Source of the DNA: Thecamonas trahens ATCC 50062
Lineage: Eukaryota; Protista; Apusomonadida
Length of the DNA stretch: 51,248 nt
NCBI RefSeq assembly: GCF_000142905.1
Contig: NW_013657603.1
Span: 1-51,248, forward strand
Direction: 5' to 3'
Each line of letters opens with the position of its first letter. The first letter of the stretch is position 1. The notes below the pieces were generated by a model, which worked only from the letters and a program-made list of their open reading frames with translations, had not been told where the DNA came from and did no database searches. The position numbers were made by a program, and so were the translations under genes. Positions 29,664-39,656 of the stretch are shown piece after piece.

Positions 29664-31760
29664 TTACTTTCGCCTGCGGACCATCCGCGACCGCGCCTTT
29701 GCTCGCCGCGCACGCTTGTTCGACTCGGACTCGGACTCGGATTCTGACTCGGAGTCAAACTCCTCATCAGAGTCTTCCTCGTCGTCAGCCTCTGAGTCCG
29801 ACTCGGACTCGTCCATATCTGAGTACCGTTCCGACTCGGACTCGGACTCCGAGTCAGAATCCGAGTCGATGCCCGACGACGACGACGACGACGACCGCTC
29901 GCGCAAGAGGCGGAGGAGGAGCACGTCCACCGAGGGCGCGTCCGCGTCGTCGTTCTTCACTTGCTCGAGCTCGTGCGTGAGCACATGGAACAGGCTCGGG
30001 TCCAGTTCGTTGAGCAGTTGCTTGACCTCGACCATCTTCTCGGCCACATCGTCCGAGTCGCTCGACTCGACGTGGTTCACCAGCCGCTTGATCCGCTCAC
30101 GCTTGGCACGGACTACCACCGGCACGCCCGACGCCTTGTCTTTGACAAGTGCCCGCTTCACAGCCTCCTCCGAGTCCGAGTCGTCAAACGACCCAATCTC
30201 CGCCAGAATCGCCGCGAGGTCCGACGACATCTCTGACGCACGCAGGTGCACGTCCGAGCCTTCGATCGGGAGCGAGCTCTCGTCGCTCTTGGCCGTCGGG
30301 GCAGCCGCAGCGTCTACGCCAAATATCGTCGACAACTTGGCGCCCTCAAACTTGTGCGCGTGCACAATCGTCGGGCCCTCGCTAGCCACCGGCTCCTTCG
30401 AGCTCATCATTGCATCCAGCGACGCGCTTGCTCGTCCAATTGCAGATGGCTTGGGATCCATGTAGCACCAAGAGCAGCACTGATTCATCTTCAACAAGAG
30501 CGACGCGCCAGTCAGCAGCGAGAGCACCAGAAGAATCGTCGTCACAATAAACGCCGCCTTGATGGCCGACCGCTCCGCGGGGTCGCGCAGGTACACATGT
30601 CGCGAGCCAAACTTGCCCACATGGCAGTTGATCACCTGTCCCACCTGGATTGCGTCCAGGAACGGGGACACCTTGGCATCTCTTGTCGACGAGCCAAGAG
30701 ACGATCGCTCCGGGACGGCCACAATGTCCCGGTCTGCAACCGCAAAGCCCGACCGCGAGCCCGAGACGTAATCGACCTCTACCCGCGCCGTGTAGAGCGA
30801 CCGTGGCAAGTCCGCCCGCTTGGCCGGCTCGCACAGCCGCGATGTGCACCAGTTGATCGCGCCCTTGGGCGTCCGCGAGGCGCCGTCCCAGCAAAACAGG
30901 CAGTCAATCCGCCGTGCCTTGGCCACAACCGTGCACACTCCGTCGTCAGTGTAGGTAGGCAAGATGACCGCGAGGAAGACCGAGAGCCAGATGATGACGC
31001 CCACGCCCATGAGGCACCACGGAAAAGAGGCGGCGCCACCGCGACACAGTGCCTGCCGGCACTTGACGTCGGCAGGATGCGTCGAGCTGCACCAAACACA
31101 CATCACAATCGCGAGGAAGGCCGCCATCATCGGTAGCGGGATGAGCAGCGACGGCAGCAGGTACAGAATCCAACAAAACCGCACAACCTCGGGCCAGATC
31201 TTGACCGGCCCCCTGTATGCCGCAGGATGCTGTCCGGCAGCCTCCCACGCCTTCTTGTTGACATAGCACGAGATAAAGTCGCCGGGCATCGTCTCGTCCT
31301 CCAACAGATCGTAGATGTTGTCGTCGACACCGCACGAGAACTTGCGTTCGGCCATCTGCAAGTCGTTGACCCTAAAGGGATACGTCACGTTGTCGCGGAT
31401 GATGCCGACAGTATGGTAGGCACTCGACGAGGTGAAGGTCTCACCGATGACGATGCAGTCCTTGATCTCGATGTGGTTGCTCTGCCACTTCGGCCAGTCG
31501 AGGGCGAGGGTGAAGAAGAGCGATGCCCAGATGGCTACGATGATCAGCGGAATGACACACCACCAGCGGACAAACGAGATTGCACCACGGCAGAGGAATG
31601 AGCAAATGTCGGTCGACTCGATGAGAATGGCTTCGCCATGCCCCTCTTCCCCCTCTCCGTTCTCGTCAAACGATGATTCATGGTAAGACTCGGCCGCCTC
31701 GGCGTCCCACGCCCCACTGTACGGTTTGTCCTTGGCCTTGTCGGCCTTCGCGAACAACAT
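29664..31760 (-). CDS. Hypothetical 4-TM protein built from two TM-Cys-loop-TM units, with an acidic Ser/Asp/Glu tail
   Basis: 698-aa ORF; four hydrophobic helices; internal repeat LCRG(A/G)..SF. Confidence 0.8.
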   Translation of the reverse strand: MLFAKADKAKDKPYSGAWDAEAAESYHESSFDENGEGEEGHGEAILIESTDICSFLCRGAISFVRWWCVIPLIIVAIWASLFFTLALDWPKWQSNHIEIKDCIVIGETFTSSSAYHTVGIIRDNVTYPFRVNDLQMAERKFSCGVDDNIYDLLEDETMPGDFISCYVNKKAWEAAGQHPAAYRGPVKIWPEVVRFCWILYLLPSLLIPLPMMAAFLAIVMCVWCSSTHPADVKCRQALCRGGAASFPWCLMGVGVIIWLSVFLAVILPTYTDDGVCTVVAKARRIDCLFCWDGASRTPKGAINWCTSRLCEPAKRADLPRSLYTARVEVDYVSGSRSGFAVADRDIVAVPERSSLGSSTRDAKVSPFLDAIQVGQVINCHVGKFGSRHVYLRDPAERSAIKAAFIVTTILLVLSLLTGASLLLKMNQCCSWCYMDPKPSAIGRASASLDAMMSSKEPVASEGPTIVHAHKFEGAKLSTIFGVDAAAAPTAKSDESSLPIEGSDVHLRASEMSSDLAAILAEIGSFDDSDSEEAVKRALVKDKASGVPVVVRAKRERIKRLVNHVESSDSDDVAEKMVEVKQLLNELDPSLFHVLTHELEQVKNDDADAPSVDVLLLRLLRERSSSSSSSGIDSDSDSESESESERYSDMDESESDSEADDEEDSDEEFDSESESESESESNKRARRAKARSRMVRRRK

Positions 31761-32044
31761 AGCCGACGACTAGCTCCACTGCCGGATACACAATGCTTGC
31801 TCCCGAACGGCTTTAGTTGGTGTCCGCGGGTGTGGCGTCAAGTATTGCTTCTTCTTCCCGCCGTCCCGCTCGTCCCGCTCGGATCTCGTCCGTCTGCCAG
31901 CGCCATTCTGTTCGGTCACACATGGTTGCCATCCATTCTCGGAATCAGATTTTGCGAGGGTTGCACCATTTGCCTGCAGGTACATGGTATTGGCATTAGC
32001 TACTTGGCAAAGACGTGGATACGGCATTGGTCGTCGGGTCATGT

Positions 32045-35000
32045 TTACTCAAGGAATGACTGTGATTCGTAGCCATCGTCGTCGTCACCATCGTCGTCGT
32101 CGTCGTCACCATCGCCGTAGTCGTCGTCATAGTCGTCATCGCCATCGCCATCATCTTCGTCGTCGACGCCATCGAGGACAGACTGGCGGTAGCGCTGGAT
32201 CTGGGCACGCTGGTGTTCGAGCCGCTTTCGCATGGCGGCGAGGTCATCATCGTGGGCCGCGGCGGTGTGGCGGGCAGCTGGAGAGAGCGACGGTGGCTGG
32301 GCGGCGGTCGCAGTGACTGCGGCCGCATGCGACTCGGCGGCCATGGATCGATCGAGGAGGAGGGCAGCCGAAAAGTCGGCCGAAGCATTGTGCGACGCAA
32401 GGCGCCGGATCTCGGCTTCCTGCAGCTGCGCCAGCGACGACTCGGTCGCGCCGCGCAGCCGGAGCTGCTCCACTTCTTGCTTGAGGAGGAGGACCTCGGC
32501 TTGCTCCAGCTCGAGCCGCTGGCGGAGCTGCTCGTTGACCTCGGTCAGTCGCTCAATCTCAGCCTTGGCCGACTCGGCCTGCAGCGACTTGGCTTCGAGC
32601 GAGGTTGCTAGCAGCGCCTTAGACGCCCGCTCGTGATCAAGCTCCGACTCGAGGCTCGCAATCCGCGTCGTCGCGTCCCGGACTTTGTCGGTCAACTGAG
32701 CTACCGCAGCGCTCGACGCAGCCGCTGTTGAGCTCTGCTTGTCCATCGCCGACGACGACGACGCAAGCAATGCCTCCAGCTTGACCACTCGCGCTCGTGT
32801 CGCCTCGAGCTCACCCAGCGCCTCCTCGTGCTTCTCGGCAAGGAGAGCGAGCTTGGCCGACTCGGCCGAAGCAGCCTCGGTCGCCTTGCTCAGCGCGTGG
32901 TCCTTGCTCGCCAGCAGCTCATTGAACTCGGCCTGCAGTGCTCGCTGAGCCTCTTGCCGCGCCGTAAGCTCAAGGGCAAGGCCCTCGACCTGGTCTTGGA
33001 TCGAGCCCGAGGCCGAGGCCGAGGCCTCCAGCTTAGCCCGGATTCGGTCGATCTCGATGGCGGCAGCGGCTGCCTTGGTGGCAGCCTCGTCGCGAGCAGC
33101 AAGCGCGGCATCTAGCTCCCGCCGGGCAGCCGCAGCATCGCGCCGTGCCGCCCGTGCCGCCTCGCGCTCGGCTGCCACCGACGCGTGGGCCTCTGACGAC
33201 GCTCGAGTCTCGTCGCCCAGCGCCGCCGCCAGCTTGGCCCGGAGCGCGCCCATCTCAGTGATGAGCGCCTCCTTTTCGGCGGTGAGCGTAGCGTGCGCGG
33301 CCGACAGGGCCGCCAGCTGTGCAGCAAGCGAGTCGCGCTTGGCGGCGTCGGCCGACGTCTCATTGCGCCGCGCCGCTGCCGTGTCGTCAAGCTGGGCCTC
33401 GAGCGAGGCCAGCGCGGCATCTTTCTTGGCAATGTCGGCGGCGTGCCAGGCAACAGACTGCTTTGCAGTCTCGAGCTCGGTCTCGAGGCCGGCAACCAGA
33501 GCGCGCTCGGCAGCCAGTTCGTCTTGAACCTTGGCTAAGGACGCGGCGGCCGCCGCGGCATCGGCCTCCAGTGCAGCAATCGTGTTGTCACGGTGGAGGA
33601 CCTCGTCGCGCCAGGCCGCGACCTTGTCCTGGGCACTCTTGGCTGAGCGCTCCCACTCGTCACGCTCGGCTGTCACCGCCGACACTGCACTCGCGGCCGT
33701 GCTGTTGGCCTCGTGCACCGCGTTGACAGCATCATCATGGGCGGCAGCCAGACGGGACTCGAGCCCGGCGTTGGCACTCCGCAAACTCTCGATCTCGCGC
33801 TTGGCCTCATCGAGGGCAGCCAGGGCGCCGTCATACGCATCCTGGTTCGCAGCCTGCATCAGCTGAGCCTCGCGCTGCTGTCGCATGGCATCGTCTTGCG
33901 CAACAAGCAGCTCTTCGAGCTCGCCGACCCTGGCAGTAGCAGCCGCTTCGACCTCGCGAGCCTGTGAGCGGGCGGCAGTCTCGGTAGCGCGGGCGGCGTC
34001 GGCGGTGGCAGAGAGCGAGGCAACGCGGGCAAGAGCCTCGTCGAGCGCGGTTGATCGCGCAGCCAGCTCGCTGCGGAGCTTGGCAACAGCGTCGTCGGCG
34101 GCTTCGAGTCGGACCGAGGCAACCATGAGCGACTCCTTCAGCTCGTCGACCTCGGAAGCCTTGGCTCGGAGCTCGGCGAGAGCGTCCGAGTGTGCAGCGC
34201 GAGCGTCGGCAAGGTCGGCGGCCAGCTCGCGAAGCTGCTTGCCGGCCTCGGAGCGGGCTTCGGACGAGAGCGCCGAAGCGGCGCCAAGCGATTGGAGACG
34301 AGCTTGCAGGTCGGCAATGTGGTCGTTGGCGGCGGCAAGTTCGGAGCGAGAGGCGGAAAGTGCAGCGTCTGCTCCCTCCTTGGCCTCGCGCTCAGCCTTC
34401 AGCTGCGACCGGAGCTCGGCTCTTTGCTCAGCAGCAAGGCCAGCCTGTGCCGAGAGAGTAGCGATCTGAGTCTGAAGGTTGGCGTTGGCAGCGTCGGCAT
34501 CGGCGGCGGCGGCGGCACGGGTGCGGAGAGCGGCAAGCTCTGCGTTGGCGGCGGCGAGCTTGGCCTGCGACCGTGACAGCGCATCCGACTTGGCAGCAAC
34601 GAGCGCCGACTTTTCCCGCAACGCGGCCTGGGCCTCAAGCAGCTCGTCCATGAGCTCGTTGTGGTTGATCCGCGAGCGGTCGGCGCCCTCGGCCCGGAGC
34701 GAAGCGGCCTGGGCCTCGGAGAGCGCCGCAGTGTGGGCGACATCGGCGCGGTCTGCGGCAGCCTCGAGTGCCGAAATGCGCGAGTTGGCGGCGTCGAGGT
34801 TGGCGCGGAGCACGTTGCGCTCTGCTTGGAGGGCGGCCAAGTCGAGCTCGACCTGGGCTGGAGTTGATGCAGCCTCCTTGGCGGCGCGGAGGGCGGCGGC
34901 AGCCTCCTCGCGGGCGTCCTCCAGCTCGCGAGTAAGGGCGAGCGCGTGCTCGTTGGCGTCGTTGGCCTCGGTCCGTGCCGCATTGGCAGCCCGCTCGAGC

Positions 35001-36976
35001 TCGTTGACTGAGCCAAGCAGGGTCTCATGCTCGAGCTCGAGAGCCGCCATCTGCTGGACAAGCGTATTGAGCGAGTCGGCATATTTGTCCTTGAGCGCCT
35101 CCAACTCGCGAAGCTCGGCGATGGCTTCGCGGAGCTGGTTGGAGAGGCGAGAGACTTCGGCGTTGGAGGTCACAAGCTCCTCCTCATAGGCGCGCTCGAC
35201 ATCAGCATCGCGCTCGGCTCGGGACGCGGCGTTGTCGGCGAGAGTGGCGCGGTCGGCGGCGAGGACGGCATTCTCGTCTGTGAGCGCCTGCTGCGCGAGC
35301 TGGGCCTCTTGCAGGCGGGCGTGGAGGTCGGCGGTGACGGTTCGTTCGGCAGCGAGCGCCTGTGTGGCCTCGTCGGCACGGGCGAGTGCGTTGGAGAGCT
35401 CGGCTTCGAGCGTGGCAAGCCGAGTGGTGGCCGGATCAAGCTCGAGCTCAAGGGCGGCGTGCTCGGCAGCAAGACGCTCGAGCGTCGATGTCAGCTGGGC
35501 CTTTTCGGCGGCCAGGGCGCGGGCCGAGTCTCCGACGTCGGCGGCGTTGCCTTCGGCAGCGGCAGCGCGGGCAGCAATGGCGGCGATGCCGTTGCGGACG
35601 GCCGAGGCGCGGAGTGAGGCGTGCTGGGTGGCGAGGCGAAGGCGCTCGAGCATGCCAGCAGCGGCGGGCGTGGCACCGGCCGACGCAGCAAGCGCCGAGG
35701 CGGTCGAGGCGGCAGCGGCGGCGGCGGCGTCGGCTGGGCCGACCAAGGTCTTGGGCTCGACTCCGGCGACCTGGAGCGCCGTCTCAAGGCTGTCGAGGGC
35801 GCGTGACTCGGCAGCGAGCAGCTTGTCGGCAGCAGTGGTGATCGAGTCGAGGGCGGCGCGAACAGAAGCGAGTTCTGTGGTGGCGGCGTCGAGGGCACGG
35901 ACGTTCTTGCGAGAGGCAGCGTCTTGGTCGGCGCGAAGCGAGATCTGGGCCTCGAGCTGGGCCTCATGAGCGTCAAGCCGCTGCAGTACAAGCGACTGGA
36001 GGGCTGGATCCGGGCCCTGTTTCCCGCTGGCCGACTGCTGCAGGAACGAGGTCCGCCAGACCGAGGTCTCACCGACCGCCAGCGCCTGGATCTGGAGGGT
36101 GTAGTTGGCGAGGTCGAGGTCGCGTGAGAGCGAGGCAATGCGAGCGGCGGCGTCGGCGGCGGCTTCGGACGACTGAGCTTCGAGAGCAGCGTGGGCGGCG
36201 GCGAGCTCGGCGTGGCGAGCAGAGGTCTCTGCCAGCGTCGCCTCCGTCTTTTCCAGCGATGCGGCGTAGCCAGAAGCTGAGCCGCGAAACTTGTCCCGCT
36301 CTGCCGTGACGACATCGAGAGCGCCGCGGAGCTGGGCGAGCTCGACCCGGAGGGCGCCGGCATCGACGTCGGACTGGTGGCTGCCAGCGCGAGCCTGACT
36401 CAGGTCATCCTCGAGCTGGGCGATGCGCGAGCGGGCTGAAAGCAGCTCTGCGGTAACTCCCTGGACCTCCTTGGTCAGCGCCATGACCTTGCGGTGAGCG
36501 CGCGAGTCCGGCGAGGCGGTAGCGGCCGACGACGCCGCCGAGGCCGCCAGCGATCGGGCGCGCGACTCGGCGGCTTCGGCCCGGCGGACGGCGAGCTTGG
36601 CCTTGCGCTCGAGCTGGGCCTCGCGGGCGACGGCTGCGGCAGCCTCCCGCGAGAGCGACGCGTTCTGCGCCTTGAGCCGGGCCAAACTTCCTGCATCGGT
36701 GGCAGCAAGGTGGCCCAGCGGCGGTGGGCCTGCCGGTGCGGTCCGCCGACGAGCAGCCGACGACGACGTTGCTGGGCGCGAAAGCTGGCGCGCTGGCGGC
36801 TCGGCCAACGAAGCCCGTAGTGAGGCCGTTCGGGCCTGAATAGCAGATATAGAAGCCGAGAGCGAAGGAGGCTGTCGATGTGGTGATGAATGGCTTAGTT
36901 GTGAAGCTGTAAGCGGTCGGCGGTGCATAGTGGGGATGGGGCTTGGGGGGGGGGGGGGCGGGAGGGGTGGTGACAT
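32045..36976 (-). CDS. Very long coiled-coil protein (~1640 aa), cytoskeletal/centrosomal-like
   Basis: Single long A/E/L/R-rich ORF with heptad character, low-complexity N-terminus and acidic C-terminus; exact start uncertain. Confidence 0.88.
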   Translation of the reverse strand: MSPPLPPPPPPSPIPTMHRRPLTASQLSHSSPHRQPPSLSASISAIQARTASLRASLAEPPARQLSRPATSSSAARRRTAPAGPPPLGHLAATDAGSLARLKAQNASLSREAAAAVAREAQLERKAKLAVRRAEAAESRARSLAASAASSAATASPDSRAHRKVMALTKEVQGVTAELLSARSRIAQLEDDLSQARAGSHQSDVDAGALRVELAQLRGALDVVTAERDKFRGSASGYAASLEKTEATLAETSARHAELAAAHAALEAQSSEAAADAAARIASLSRDLDLANYTLQIQALAVGETSVWRTSFLQQSASGKQGPDPALQSLVLQRLDAHEAQLEAQISLRADQDAASRKNVRALDAATTELASVRAALDSITTAADKLLAAESRALDSLETALQVAGVEPKTLVGPADAAAAAAASTASALAASAGATPAAAGMLERLRLATQHASLRASAVRNGIAAIAARAAAAEGNAADVGDSARALAAEKAQLTSTLERLAAEHAALELELDPATTRLATLEAELSNALARADEATQALAAERTVTADLHARLQEAQLAQQALTDENAVLAADRATLADNAASRAERDADVERAYEEELVTSNAEVSRLSNQLREAIAELRELEALKDKYADSLNTLVQQMAALELEHETLLGSVNELERAANAARTEANDANEHALALTRELEDAREEAAAALRAAKEAASTPAQVELDLAALQAERNVLRANLDAANSRISALEAAADRADVAHTAALSEAQAASLRAEGADRSRINHNELMDELLEAQAALREKSALVAAKSDALSRSQAKLAAANAELAALRTRAAAAADADAANANLQTQIATLSAQAGLAAEQRAELRSQLKAEREAKEGADAALSASRSELAAANDHIADLQARLQSLGAASALSSEARSEAGKQLRELAADLADARAAHSDALAELRAKASEVDELKESLMVASVRLEAADDAVAKLRSELAARSTALDEALARVASLSATADAARATETAARSQAREVEAAATARVGELEELLVAQDDAMRQQREAQLMQAANQDAYDGALAALDEAKREIESLRSANAGLESRLAAAHDDAVNAVHEANSTAASAVSAVTAERDEWERSAKSAQDKVAAWRDEVLHRDNTIAALEADAAAAAASLAKVQDELAAERALVAGLETELETAKQSVAWHAADIAKKDAALASLEAQLDDTAAARRNETSADAAKRDSLAAQLAALSAAHATLTAEKEALITEMGALRAKLAAALGDETRASSEAHASVAAEREAARAARRDAAAARRELDAALAARDEAATKAAAAAIEIDRIRAKLEASASASGSIQDQVEGLALELTARQEAQRALQAEFNELLASKDHALSKATEAASAESAKLALLAEKHEEALGELEATRARVVKLEALLASSSSAMDKQSSTAAASSAAVAQLTDKVRDATTRIASLESELDHERASKALLATSLEAKSLQAESAKAEIERLTEVNEQLRQRLELEQAEVLLLKQEVEQLRLRGATESSLAQLQEAEIRRLASHNASADFSAALLLDRSMAAESHAAAVTATAAQPPSLSPAARHTAAAHDDDLAAMRKRLEHQRAQIQRYRQSVLDGVDDEDDGDGDDDYDDDYGDGDDDDDDGDDDDGYESQSFLE

Positions 36977-37146
36977 GATTGATGGTTGAGGTAATCGTTG
37001 GCTGTGGCTGTGTGGCATTTTGCCACTTTTGCTCGGCACTTTGCTGAACTGGCGCGAGCAGGGGCAAATGGTAGAAAATGCGTGGGTAACTGAGGGAGGG
37101 GGGCGTGTACAGGGAGGAAGGGCTACCACTCAACTACGACGTAACC

Positions 37147-37443
37147 ATGGCAGCTACGGTGGCGTCTTTGACGGATATCATGCATGGTATGTGGAAGATG
37201 GTGATAGGGTGGGTGAGGGCCAGTGACTGCGTTGTGAGTGGGTGGTAGGGGAACAGGGACGTAGGGGTGCGTGGGAGGGGGGGGGGGGAAGGGGAAGGAC
37301 GCCAGCAAACGAAGATATGAACCGATGGTGTTGGCGGGTGGTTGGCACGCGTGTCAAGATTTTTGGCGCGTTTGGGGGGGGGGGGAAGAAGAAGGGAGGG
37401 GGTGGGGAGGGAGGGGGGACTGACAATGTGTGTATGTGTGTAT

Positions 37444-37487
<44 letters not shown>

Positions 37488-39065
37488 TGATGATGGCGTG
37501 TCGTGGGTTGACATGGTGTGGTGGCGGTGATGGTGGCGGTGGTGGGGTTGGTGGGCTCGGCGTGGTCCGGGTGCGGGGGGGTAGACCTGTGGGTCGGTTG
37601 CGAGACGGTGGAGCATGGCATCCCGTACTTTCCGCTGTTTGTCGGCAACATTGCCATCATGCTTGGTGCCTTTGTCATTCCTTGGGTCATGGTCCACACG
37701 GGCGGCCTTGTCCGATTCTCGGCCTATGTACGTAAGGATGGAGGTGTGGGGGGGGGAATGCGGGCGGCGATCGGTCGGCAAAGCACCGGCGGCGAGGGAC
37801 TGACTGATGATGGCAATGTGGGTGTGGGGCAATAGGCATGGCTCGCGTGGGGTGCATACGCGGCGGTGGAGTTCTACGCCGGGCTGCTTGTTGGGCGGTA
37901 CGCGACGTGTGATGGATGCTCGCCGCTGGAGGATGCGCTCGAGTCGCCGGCGTCGACAGCGTGGTTCTCGGACTGGATTCTGCTGTGGCCGATGTGTGCG
38001 GTGTACTGCTACGTGACGGCGCACCGGTGGGGCTTTGGCAGCGAGGCGTGGAAGTACACTGCGCTTGCGGTGGTGGCGGGTCCGCAGGTGGGCGTGCCGT
38101 ACGTGTGCGTGCGGATTCTGGACGTTGCCGAGAAGGGCGGCGATGTGGACCGGAGCAAGTACCGGTGGGCCGAGTACCTCTGGGTTGCGCTCTCTGCGCT
38201 CGAGTGCGTGGTGTGGCTCCCGCAGTTCCTTGCGTTCTTCATGCAGCCGGAGAACTGCTGGACGTGGCCGCTTGCCGAGGCGATGTGGGGCAACCCGATG
38301 AATACGTTTGTGGCGCAGTCTGTGTCGATCACGGGCTGGTTTGCGGACGCGTGGATTCTCTCTGTGGTCCCGCACAAGAGCCATCACATGTGGTACCTGG
38401 CGTTTGCGCTGCTCGCCTTCCACAACCTTGTGCTGACGCTCGCGGTGCTGTGGGTCATTCCGGCGTGGATGGAGCAGCCAACCGGCAAGTGGATCCGTGG
38501 CATGCTTGCGCGGCCCAAGTTTGACCTCGCGCCGGTGATGGGCGCGGCGACGGCGGGATACATTGTGGCGCTTGTTGTGGGTGCCTTCTACGTGGCGCTG
38601 GACGTCTCCAAGGGCTTCGCGGTCGCACTCCTCGCCATCTACGGCACCATGGCGCTGATGTCGCCGTTTGGCCGGCCGTCGGTCTGGCACGAGTTTGGCT
38701 CGTGGATGATTGCGTCCAAGGTCCACACGGTGGCGTTCCTCGCCTCGACGGCGACGGTCCTCGTGGGCACGCTGGCGCAGACCGAGCTTGCGCCGTCGGA
38801 CCTCGCGCTGACCTTCCACTGGCTCTCGAGCTTCCCGCTCATCTCGACCCTCGGTGGGCTGGCTATTTACGTCCTCGCTGCCACCGAGCTCTGGCGCATC
38901 CTCTCGTACACCTCTCAGCAGACATCCGAGGACGCGGTGGCGTACTTTTTCAAGGCCGCCTTTGCTGCCCCGTTCCTCTTCCTCACCTCGCCGGGCTTCT
39001 TCCCGCTCCCGGGACTTGACGCGCTCCGGCGGATCCTGCTCGCCTCGCGTCGGTCGAACCATTAA
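37147..39065 (+). CDS. Multi-pass membrane protein of unknown function; exons 37147-37186, 37585-37727, 37836-39065
   Basis: Introns G|GTATGT...GTAG|AC and |GTACGT...ACTGAC...ATAG| join in frame to give ~470 aa with about 10-12 hydrophobic segments. Confidence 0.75.
37427..37486. repeat. (TG)n microsatellite
   Basis: TG run within intron 1 of the membrane-protein gene. Confidence 0.95.
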
Positions 39066-39086
39066 ACAGTGCTGTGGCTTTGGTCT

Positions 39087-39383
39087 GCTTCCGTTGAGCC
39101 GATCGGGATCTTTGGCCTTGAACGCCCAAGTGTGCCTGAACTCGGACTTGTGTGCGCGGCTTCCGTTGAGCCGATCGGGATCTTTGGCCTTGAACGCCCA
39201 AGTGTGCCTGAACTCGGACTTGTGTGCGCGGCTTCCGTTGAGCCGATCGGGATCTTTGGCCTTGAACGCCCAAGTGTGCCTGAACTCGGACTTGTGTGCG
39301 CGGCGTCCGTTGAGCCGATCGGGATCTTTGGCCTTGAACGCCCAAGTGTGCCTGAACTCGGACTTGTGTGCGCGGCGTCCGTT
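39087..39383. repeat. Minisatellite, 72-bp unit, 4 near-identical copies
   Basis: CCGTTGAGCCGATCGG... at 39091, 39163, 39235, 39307. Confidence 0.98.
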
Positions 39384-39656
39384 TCGCTCAGAGTGTCGAG
39401 TAATGTTTACTATGTCACCGTCTTTGTGTTGGTTGATCACGCGTTTTTGGGTAGCGTCGGACGTCAGTCGGCTGCAGTGGGCTGTAGAAGGCGAGTAGCG
39501 CGAAGCGAGGGAGCTTGTTGTGGTGTATGCAGTGTGGAGAAAGTCATTGAGCGGGTGGGAGAGGGAGTGCAAGGCGTCGGGAGTGAGAACGTGGGAGTGT
39601 GGTTTTTCAACGAGAGCGCGGGCTGGAAGCAGGCATGTTGGGGGCTCGAGTCTGGG

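Noticed and set aside
16507-37370. E2F-like TTTTGGCGCG sites (16507-16516, 37361-37370) and an X-box-like GTAACCATGGCAGC (37141-37154) near coiled-coil genes
   Set aside because: Short motifs can occur by chance; no conservation or expression evidence is available
39087-39383. CRISPR array or repeat protein (ORFs 37134-39572, 39069-39746)
   Set aside because: No spacers. The long ORFs are antisense shadows of the membrane gene or stay open only because the unit is 72 bp.
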